A stretch of 61,635 bases of DNA, counting the filler, from Choristocarpus tenellus KU-1152 (taxonomy: Eukaryota > Protista > Phaeophyceae): assembly GCA_964200185.2 (NCBI GenBank). It is 8 parts of 8 records of this genome, joined end to end, with 100 filler letters (N's around TTAATTAATTAA, not from the genome) between each part and the next. Parts side by side here need not be neighbours in the genome. Positions count along the whole stretch, not along the records: positions 52,678 to 55,484 come from CAXNAD020024581.1; positions 55,585 to 58,434 come from CAXNAD020024206.1; positions 58,535 to 61,635 come from CAXNAD020022315.1; 5 more parts are not named here. One strand, given 5' to 3'. The notes beneath the pieces are model-generated. The model ran no database searches, was not told the DNA's origin, and worked only from the letters and a program-made list of their open reading frames with translations. Positions 52,678 through 61,635 of this stretch are shown here, one piece after another. How positions within the stretch are numbered: the stretch's first letter is position 1; the number at the start of each line of letters is the position of its first letter. A program made the position numbers and the translations under genes.

Positions 52678-55260
52678 CATGAATAAAAAGCATATTCTTA
52701 ACAGAGCTAGCTAGCTTCCTGCCCACCCTTGTCTCACCTAGGTTTTCCCCATGGATAGAGCTATCTGCATCTTTGACTAAAACTTGGTCACCTGGTTTGG
52801 ATCCTAGTTGTGGAGAAGACCTGGTATTTTAAGCGTTGGCTCTCTCTGTGTGCTTCTGTCTTGCAGTCATCCTTCTTTCCAGGATATCTCGTACCTCCCT
52901 GAAGTTCTGTCTGCGTTGCTCAATAAAGGAATCCAATCCTCCAACCTCGATGTCTCCGTCCAAGTTGGGTATTAGGGCGTCTAGCTGTGTGCGAGGGTCA
53001 CGCCCAAACAAAACTCCGAAGGAGTGGGTTAAGGGGGTCAGATGGATCTGGAGTAGTTTGTTGTGCCCAACATGCCGGAGATACATACTCATCCCATCTG
53101 TCTGACCACTTCACACATAGTTCCGACAGGACCTCTTTAAGCAATCCTCCCATTTTTTCGACTTCCCCTTGTCCTCTCAAGTTGCCAGTGGGTCCGTTAT
53201 TGATAGGGACCTTCAGCCAATGACAGAAGTGATTCGCTATGTCTCATTTGAACTCCCCTCCTGCATCACTACGAATTGAATGTAAGACATAATTCCAACA
53301 CGTTTGTTTCTACTCCTGTTGCTTCCTTTGACGCCATTGGGAATGCAAAAGGGAATCTCGAAGCTCTATCAATCACAATTAATAGATACCTGTTGCCTTT
53401 TGCTGAGATGTGTCCCAACTTGTAGATCCATCTCAAGTACACCCCATGGTTCCAGAAATTTGGCTGGTAGCATTGCCACTTGTGCGCTCCTCGTTCTCTT
53501 CTGCCTGCGGCAGCCACAGGATAAAACATAATCCTGTACGTCTTTGTGGAATGAGGGCCAAAAGGAGTATCGACGGGTTAGGGCTACTGTACGTCCAACT
53601 CTCTGGTTGCTAGTCTGCAGGTGTACTAGTACTATGATATTTGACACTAGTGAACGAGGAACTGCCAACCTAGGTGTATACTCTCCAGGAGTGTACCGGA
53701 GTAACTCCTTATCATCTAGGGAATGTGACTCTACATCCATAGTCCCTTTTACCCACTCGAGTGACGACTTCCATTGTTCTTGGCCCTCAAGTACACCCCG
53801 TATGCTACCCAAGAAGGGTTTTTTATTCTGTCTCTCCACTAACTCTGATATGTCTGAGAGAGTGATCATTGCTCTCTTGAGAGTGGGGTGAGGAACCATT
53901 TCACTCATTCGGACTGTTCTGTCACTACCCTTCTTGTTCGTGGACCTTGGTGTACTTTTGCGTCTTTTTTTGCATGGTGACTTCTCTTCTCCTGCTGTTC
54001 CCTTTATTACTAACCTGTCTTCGAGGGTAGAGTCTAAAGGTTGCCAGCCAAAAGTGTTAGTGGCGTTAAGCGGGGGAAGAGGGTGCTGTAAGACGAGTGT
54101 TTGGTCTACGCTAGGTGTCTTGTCTGGGACCATCCAACCAGAGAGAGGGAGTATAGGCACTATGCAAAAAGAAAGCTATTCAATAGAACCTTTGCTTTAT
54201 GTGGTCAGGATGTGTTTATTAGCGGAGTGAGCACCATTCCTTGAGGTGGGGGGTGCTCTCTTTTATTATCTTATAAAACATGTCAGCTGACACATCAGCT
54301 GACACATCAAAATGTGTCCTGCCGTTGGTCGTACGATGTCACTTATCCGGTGTAGCTAGTACTACGTCAGTAATCCTCCGCCAATCCCTTTATATCGAGT
54401 AATAAGAAATCAATAATCTAACATTCGAACTTATTACTCTAAGCATACGACAACAAGCCAATGACACTTGTACCACTTAGCCAACATTCCTGTTGTCTGA
54501 TAGTGGTCAGTAAACACTTATAAACCATATAGACTACCAGCCTATATTGCACAGGCACTGGTAGACTTTGACCTTGGGGTCTGCTGAGTGGTAGCCAACC
54601 TCCAACGCCTAAGCTGTGACTATCAGATTCCGTGTGGCAATTTTGTAATGCTGACAGTATTCCTGAGAATGTGGTATCAACTGTTCCCTAAAATAACATG
54701 TGTGCTACCCCTAGACTCGGTTCCTCATGTGAGAGAGAAGTACATTCTAGTTCTGAATCTACCCACGCACAAAGAGAGCAAGGGGACATTGTGGGGTGAC
54801 CTGGGTTTAGATCTGATGCGCCTAACTCCTGCAAATAGATACCATCTAAGACGGATCCTCTTAGTCCAGTGTAGCTCTTGCTACAAGCTACTAACGGATC
54901 GTCAGGAAAGAATCGTTGATATCCAAACCTGATGCCGTCGGTAGAGGGAGTCGTGATAATCCGTCTGGTAGTTGGTGCTTTGAGCCTTCTCGCCCCTTTT
55001 GTTTCATGTCATGGTCCATGAGGCGGAGGGCACACCTTTGAAGCTTGGGGCTAAGTTCATGACTCTTAAAGAGCCAGGTCAGCGCTGAGCAGTCAGTGAT
55101 TAGAGTGAATTTCCTACCCCAGATGTAGGAACGGAAGTGTTCTACAGCCCACAAGATAGTCATGCTTTCTCTTTCAGTGGGTGCTCTTCTAGTGTCTGTT
55201 TTAGAACATCTATGGCTAGCATATGCTATGACGCGTTCTTGGTCATTATCTGTTATTTTC
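52678..55260 (-). mobile_element. Ty3/gypsy LTR-retrotransposon pol relic (RNase H to integrase)
   Basis: RNase H: ERVIAYASH...TERESMTILWAVEHFRSYIWGRKFTLITDCSAL...DGLSRLP. Integrase: GRTVALTRRYSFWPSFHKDVQDYVLSC, GNRYLLIVIDRASRFPFAFPM, WDEYVSPACWA. Gypsy domain order; frameshifted. Confidence 0.88.
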
Positions 55261-58200
55261 TTCTTATGTTTCAGGAAATACGAACATTTGTAACAGACGT
55301 AGAGTGTGAGGATTGTTTCTTGAGTTCTGACAAGTACAAACAATATACAATATTAGTAATACATAGAGGTAGCTTTACAAGATAAATGATGATTTTGATA
55401 GGAGACGCAGAGTAAGATTTGGAATTCGAAAATAATCTTACAGAATAGGTGTCAATTTCTGGAAGTTACAGAGTAAAGATTCATNNNNNNNNNNNNNNNN
55501 NNNNNNNNNNNNNNNNNNNNNNNNNNNNTTAATTAATTAANNNNNNNNNNNNNNNNNNNNNNNNNNNNNNNNNNNNNNNNNNNNTGTATTTCAAAATTGA
55601 TACATACCCCCCGAGATGTAAACTACTGGAAGGAACCATGAAAGTTTATGAGGTTCGGCCCCCCCCCTAAAGGGTGGAGCGTTCACGGTGTGCCATACTA
55701 TGCTTGGAACATAGGCTAAGTGTGGGGGAGGGTGAAAACATGGGGAAAAAACAAATGGAGATTGGTACCGATGGCACAACTGGGCCGTGAAAAAGTCAAG
55801 AAAATTTGAAACGAAAAAAGTGATTTTGGAGTTTCAGGTAAAATATTTATTTGATTGTTCTTGTTCTTCCAGATTGATCCACATCCCTTGAACAGCAGAT
55901 TTCAAATATACATTACAAAAGACAACATATTGACACTTTCTCCCAGTCAATTTTGGGTCAAGCCCATCCTCAATTTTTGAAATCTGCTGTTCTTGCGACG
56001 TACGTCCTCCATATTCTCCAAAGTGTGTTCCTCCGAAAAAATGTTCCTTCGAGCACAGTCTTCTTGTTCCTGATGCGCTTGGTCTTCCTCCTGGGCAGGT
56101 CTTTCCCCTGACGCACCGTAATGGTTTGTCTTTGCGGAGTATCTACAGTGTACATGACCAACATGCTAGTTTCTGACCTCACAGAAGTCCTTAAAGAACT
56201 TGAGTCCACGCGTTGAAGGGCAGGACAGTGAGTTAGGTATTGGTCAGTCTTTTGATATGAAGGCACCCAAACATCAACAGTGTTGCAACGTCTCATCAGT
56301 GCCCTCCCTTGTCATGGAAGTAAAGGGGTGGGGAGTAAAAACCTTGAATTCCATGAATCGTTGATTCTTACGAAGTGCTTTGTGTAGAAGCTTGAATTCT
56401 TGTATAGTGAAGAGCTGACACTGCACTAAGCACTACTGGTGGGATTCAATGTGATGAATCTTGTAACATTCTCTAAAGGGTATGACATTATTCAGTGCTA
56501 TGGTCCAGGATAGGGGTGCATGCTTTGACTTGAGGCTTGTTCCATTGCGGAATAGGTTGTCCATGTATTGACTCTGAATGTATACCATCCGGTTGTGTGT
56601 CGAGATACATTTATAGCAGCCTGAATTAGAACTCAGAAGAGGGTGGCAACACCTTACAACAACTAACTCTAAAACGAGATATCAGCCTTGTTTGATCAAT
56701 GAAAACAAAGTAAAAGACAACCGAGTCTATTTCTTGGTCAACTCATGTGTGTCCCATGCTGACAGCCTGTTTGTTGAAGAACATGTACTTGATGAGTCCG
56801 ACTTACTGCAACCATGTGTAGTGCAACGGCAAGTCATGATCATATACTGTGCTGGGCAGTATGTGTGTGACGTGGATACTTCCCTAGCTCCTCGCCCTGT
56901 GGTGTAGGGCTAAGCTAGGTTGGAGGCATACTGGGGAGTGGTGTAGCAAAAGTGGTAGTCAAATAGTAAATAGATTTTAGAGAGATATCTTTCGCATTTA
57001 CGACAAATGTTACCCTTACGGGGGTTCTGATAATATTGAGTTGATTTTTCCCCTGACACATCTTCAAAATGTGCGGGACAATAATATATGTGGATAGTTA
57101 TGTAGATACTGGATGTATATTGTGGATGTAAAGTGGATATTAAAAAAACGTTACTTGTGAAAGGCCCAACAACCGATACTAGTTGATGATACTTAACTGC
57201 ATCTATAAATCGTTGAGGAAACAGCCTATGTTTTAATACTATAACCATGCAGAGTGGAACCGTCAGTTGTGGTCATATACCTGCAGATCGGCACATACAA
57301 TGTGGGTACTTAAACACCAAGGAAACATATTAGTGAACAGACCATCTGTCGACACTATTTGATGGTACTGAACTATATCATCTAGGAATCACAGAAAGAG
57401 TGGTCTATGTTTTAACACGAGGAGGATACAATTCCGTGAAGGCTTTGCTTATGTTCGTGTAGGTTTGTCCATGTGCACCTTCGTTGTACTGTTGCGCACA
57501 CCGTCTTGAGTTGTCTGGACCTTTGGCCGGGGTTGATCTTTACTTCTCCTCCCGATCCTGTTCACTTCGCCGCTATCCTTGTCAACACCACCCAGTGGCT
57601 GTCGTTACCATCTACAATTCAGAGATCCAAGCCATTGATAGAAGAAAGTATTTAATGAAGTTAAGGTTCAAGATTGTATATTCAAGGTGAAGAGATAGGA
57701 AGAACATTTAGTTGAACTACAATCAGAGACTAGCTGGAAATACACCTGAAAATCAGACATGTTGGTGACCAGTGGGGGAAGGAAGAGATTACTCGAGGGA
57801 TGTTAGGAAGAGGGAAGAGGTAAGACAAGGGATCGTTCCGGATAAATTTGCGGCCTCATTTGTAGTGGAAACGCAACCAGGACATGAAATAAGGGTTTTG
57901 GAGGAGAGAGGGATGAAGCAGGTGGAGATGAAGAGGAGGGGCACGGATCAATTATAAAGGCAGTGAGGCATGGAGTGAATGCAAGTGTAGTTTGAATATG
58001 GAAGAGAGGCTCCTTCTGGTCATGAAGGGGGCTATAGGAGAGTTGAATATTGGTATTATTCACATGAATGAAATGCTTGTGGACAACAGGGACACCTAAA
58101 CAGATCTCAAGCACCAGGTAGAGAGAAACTGCAGGTTAGTGGAAGGCCAAATGGGAGTTGCCCCAACACAATGACCCCTTGCCGTAGACATTGGTACAGT

Positions 58201-58380
58201 TGAAACGTTGGGAAAGGCACAGGTCAAACAGGAGGGGAAGCTTTGCTTGTCGCATGGATGTTTCAGATTGGCTTTGTTGAGGGAAGGTGTTCCAACATGG
58301 CTGCCTTTCACTGCAAAAGGCTTTGAGGTATTTGCTTTGCAAGGATTCCTGGGCGATGCATGCTATGTATCCGAGCATTT

Positions 58381-58434
58381 GAGCCAAAGTATCTTAGAGG
58401 GTAGAGTCGCGTCCATTTGGGGGCCAAAAATCCA
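58381..58434 (-). mobile_element. MITE family A, partial copy at contig end
   Basis: GAGCCAAAGTATCTTAGAGGGTAGAGTCGCGTCCATTTGGGGGCC runs into the spacer. Confidence 0.85.
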
Positions 58435-58534
58435 NNNNNNNNNNNNNNNNNNNNNNNNNNNNNNNNNNNNNNNNNNNNTTAATTAATTAANNNNNNNNNN
58501 NNNNNNNNNNNNNNNNNNNNNNNNNNNNNNNNNN

Positions 58535-58656
58535 GTGTCCGGAACAAGGATATTGACACTTCCTCAAAAACATGATAGTCAAAATTACATCAAAATCAGA
58601 ACATTCGAATTTGACCCCGAAATGGACGCGGCTCTACCCTCTAAGATACTTTGCTC
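58535..58656 (+). mobile_element. MITE family A, partial copy at contig start
   Basis: ...AATGGACGCGGCTCTACCCTCTAAGATACTTTGCTC right end. Confidence 0.85.
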
Positions 58657-59090
58657 TTAGCAACCCTGTCAACCAAATGCTTGATTTTCGGGTGACCATG
58701 CAGTATGTGTGTGTGCAAAATTACAGACGAAGTGAACAGTTTTTTATTTCAGCACTAGGTAGGCCAGGCTGCTGAGTATCATACTCCTCTCCCCCCTCTC
58801 CCCCGGGTAAGATCCACTCCTTACCCGGACCATTGCGGTGTTGCCTGAGATAATAAACACACAATGCGTTATTTTGTGAACCAAACCCTCTCCTTCAGGG
58901 CGACCACATGCTGTGTCTGTGTTGTATACACACGAACATTAAAAAGCGTTCTTGTTTGTTTTATCATTAGGCCAGGCCGCTGAATAACACCCCCCCCTCC
59001 ACTCATACATACCCCGTTGGCGTGGTAATAATGATGCCTCATCCTGGCTGGCTGGTTGCATTATATTTTTCTTTTCTGCCCATCGCGAAG

Positions 59091-61388
59091 GTGGACGTTA
59101 CTCCCCCGCCGAAAGCAACTCTACGAAACTGGCAGCAAAGCGTAAAGTCCCTTCAACCAGAGTCCTTTGGGGTACTGAAGGAAGTGTGTGAGACCTCGTC
59201 ACCAGAGGTCGACCACAACGCGGTCACACTGAGCTATCTGAGTCGCGAGGAGTTTGCCGACTTCACTTCTCTGAAGCAGGGGCTATGCATCCGTCTGCTT
59301 GCGAGGCAAGCCAAACCGCCATTGTGTTTTATCGTGTAGACAGCAGTAAACGACATGTGTGTGCCAATCGCAGCACCTTGTACAGGAACGTTCAATAAGT
59401 GTCTCCTACGATGAAGACCGTAGTTGGGCATTGTTGTATCGAACGACGAACCGTTCATAGTACTGTGGAAAGACTACCTGCAGTATGTGTTTCCTGTGTA
59501 TGTGTGCTTTTATCTTTTCTGAACTACGACAATCGTTCCATAGAATATTTTCTGCAATGGCGACCCTTTACTCACCATTACCTGCGCATCGTTCTCATTG
59601 TCTTCCTTCATTGCCATTCTCTTTTTGCAGGTACAAGTTGTTCAACGGGAAGACTCCTACGGCGAGGGACTACAAGGAGATCGAATCGGACATGCACATG
59701 TCCGAGATGCTTATCTCGCGCACCAGGCAGATTGCCGCGGTTCTCTTTTTTTGCCTTTTCCGTATCTCCTGCGCACCATACGTCGCCATGCGCCCCTCAA
59801 TTGTAAAATATGGAGCCAAAGTATCTTAGAGGGTAGGGCCGCGTCCATTTGGTGGCCAGAATCCAATGTCGGGATTTTNNNNNNNNNNGTGGACACACAT
59901 TTTCATAACTTGTACATTTTACCAACTCCAAAATATTTTGGAGTAGGAAAATACCATAACTAAACCTATGAGAAGCCAAGTCCCAAATAGACAAACAGGG
60001 CAAAACTCGTACCCTCAAAGATACTTTCACTCATGCTGTCAGCATCTTTTTCGGCACCGCACTGATTGATTGTTGCAAAACTGCTCTGACTTGACGCTAC
60101 GCGCTTACCTCACCACCTGGGATGGGAAATACCAGGATGTTCTCAATCAGGTCAACCTCCATCACGTCCACAGCGGGCGGGGCGGTGATGGCGGTGGCAC
60201 CAATGTCGAGAACAACAACGGATTGGCATCAGATGGTGGGGGGAAAGAAGACGAGGGAGGGTGCGAACACAAAGGAAGGGAGGAACATAAAGGAGGGGAC
60301 AAAGATGAGGGAGGGGACGGACTGCCTTAGGCAGGGAGGATATGGGTGAGGGGGGTTCTGTCGACAGCGTTTCTGGTGCAGAAGAAGAACAAAACGGCCA
60401 TGGAGGGTGGAATGCGGGCGTTTGCTGAACTGAATGCAATCCTCCAACTACGGCTCGGTGAGTAATGTAGTTGTAATGGTGCACACACGGATGGCGGGTA
60501 ATTAATGACCTAAGATTGGTTTTCATCCGATCGCCCGAACAGCTAACTAAGTTGTCTTGCTTCAGCAATGCACGCCAACACACTGGTGGATGTCGCGGGT
60601 TTCCTCTGTGTGTGGCGCTGCAGTCGCTACCCCCAGGTCTCTTTGTTTGCCACAGCCCGAGTGTGTTAGTGCATGTGGCAACCGACTGTTGTATGAGTGA
60701 AAGTATCTTAGAGGGTACGAGTTTTTCCTTGTTTGTCCATTTGGGGCTAGGATTCCGTTGGGGTTTTTATGACATTTTCCCACTCCAAAATGTTTCGGAG
60801 TAGGTAAAATTTACACGTTACGAAAAGGTGTGTCCGGAACAAGGATATTGACGCCTCCTAATAAACACGATAGCCAAAATTTCATCTAAATCGCAACATT
60901 GGATTTTGGCCCCTAATTGGACACGGATCTACCCTCTAAGATACTTTGGCTCGTATCTCACCTGTAGTTCGTATTATTTTGTGCCGTCGATTTCGTGGTC
61001 CTTCATAGCCGTGGATCCCCGAGTTGCGTTGTTGCGCCCAATAAATGATGTGGACAAAAATGCTGTTCTTTCTGTTTGATGCTCTCGTTCGATGCCACAC
61101 GCGGCAGGTATTCCTGCCCAAGGTACTCTATCACGCACATGGGCGAATGTCCCAACGTGGAGATTGTGGGCAACGAGAGGCACAGGGATCGATTGTGTAT
61201 CAATTGCCCCGTGGCACAGGAAGGCAGTGAAGGGACTGGACCGATGGGGAACGCAGCGGCGGGTCAGGGCAGGGGCAAGGGTAAGGGTAAACGTAACGCA
61301 AGGAGCGTGGGCGGGTCACCCAGCAGGCAAAGCCGTTTACGTCCCCCCTCACGCAGCGAAACGGCAGACATGGAGAAGTGCATGTGGG
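59091..61388 (+). CDS. Internal exons of an unidentified protein (GC-richer contig)
   Basis: Candidate exons 59091-59305 (VDVTPPPKATLRNWQQ...GLCIRLLAR), 59631-59726 (YKLFNGKTPTARDYKEIESDMHMSEMLISRTR) and ~61108-61388 (YSCPRYSITHMGECPNV...RLCINCP...). The first two follow pyrimidine-rich acceptors. Family not recognised. Confidence 0.4.
59813..60032 (-). mobile_element. MITE family A, copy with internal 10-N gap
   Basis: Both TIRs present; flanks TATG/ATGC share only ATG. Confidence 0.88.
60695..60952 (+). mobile_element. MITE family A, intact copy
   Basis: GAGTGAAAGTATCTTAGAGGGTA...TACCCTCTAAGATACTTTGGCTC; 4-bp TSD GTAT. Confidence 0.92.
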
Positions 61389-61635
61389 TCTCGGCGTGGT
61401 TGCACATTATACGGACATACAAGTCGTCTCTGCGTGTTCGGTTTCGCGTTGGTTTGCACGTTGGTCTCGGCTGGTTGTACATCATGTGGATTGCTCGCCC
61501 TTTGTGTGTTCGGTATGGCGTTTTTTTGGAGGTTTCCATGGGCCATGGAACTTACCTGTTTGACGTCTCCCCTCCTTCCACGAGATGTATCTGATGGGTC
61601 TGGCGTTGTGGAGGGTACGGCTTAACATTTTGGGG

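Noticed and set aside
55970-57600. Minus-strand exons of an unknown gene
   Set aside because: Low-complexity frames that need a speculative 17-nt micro-exon to join; no recognisable homology.

Overview
Intron-rich eukaryotic nuclear DNA, most likely from a photosynthetic stramenopile such as a brown alga (inferred from a nuclear-encoded cyanobacterial-type HPF/PSRP1, an AA15-like LPMO with CBM1 modules, TTAGGG motifs and short exons in long TE-filled introns). The window is not contiguous: eight contigs are joined by 100-bp artificial spacers (N44-TTAATTAATTAA-N44). The ORF track misses almost all real genes, so I spliced them by hand. (1) Complete 9-exon ataxin-3-like deubiquitinase with Josephin-UIM-UIM-UBX architecture and one GC-AG intron. 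(2) Head-to-head with it, ATGs 304 bp apart, the 5' five exons of TFIIH helicase XPB/ERCC3. (3) Complete 8-exon secreted AA15-like lytic polysaccharide monooxygenase with a His brace, a CPHC motif and two CBM1 domains. It is bracketed by a diverged ~175-bp inverted repeat. (4) Convergent with the LPMO, the 3' four exons of an S1-type sulfatase. (5) The 3' part of a long-form ribosome hibernation factor (HPF/PSRP1). (6) Fragments of unidentified genes. Mobile DNA comprises a ~260-bp GAG...CTC MITE family with 4-bp TSDs (Sola-like, 10 copies or fragments), a second related MITE family, two decayed Stowaway-associated mariner elements in XPB introns (one carrying a 5x45-bp tandem array), Stowaway-like MITEs and Ty3/gypsy relics.
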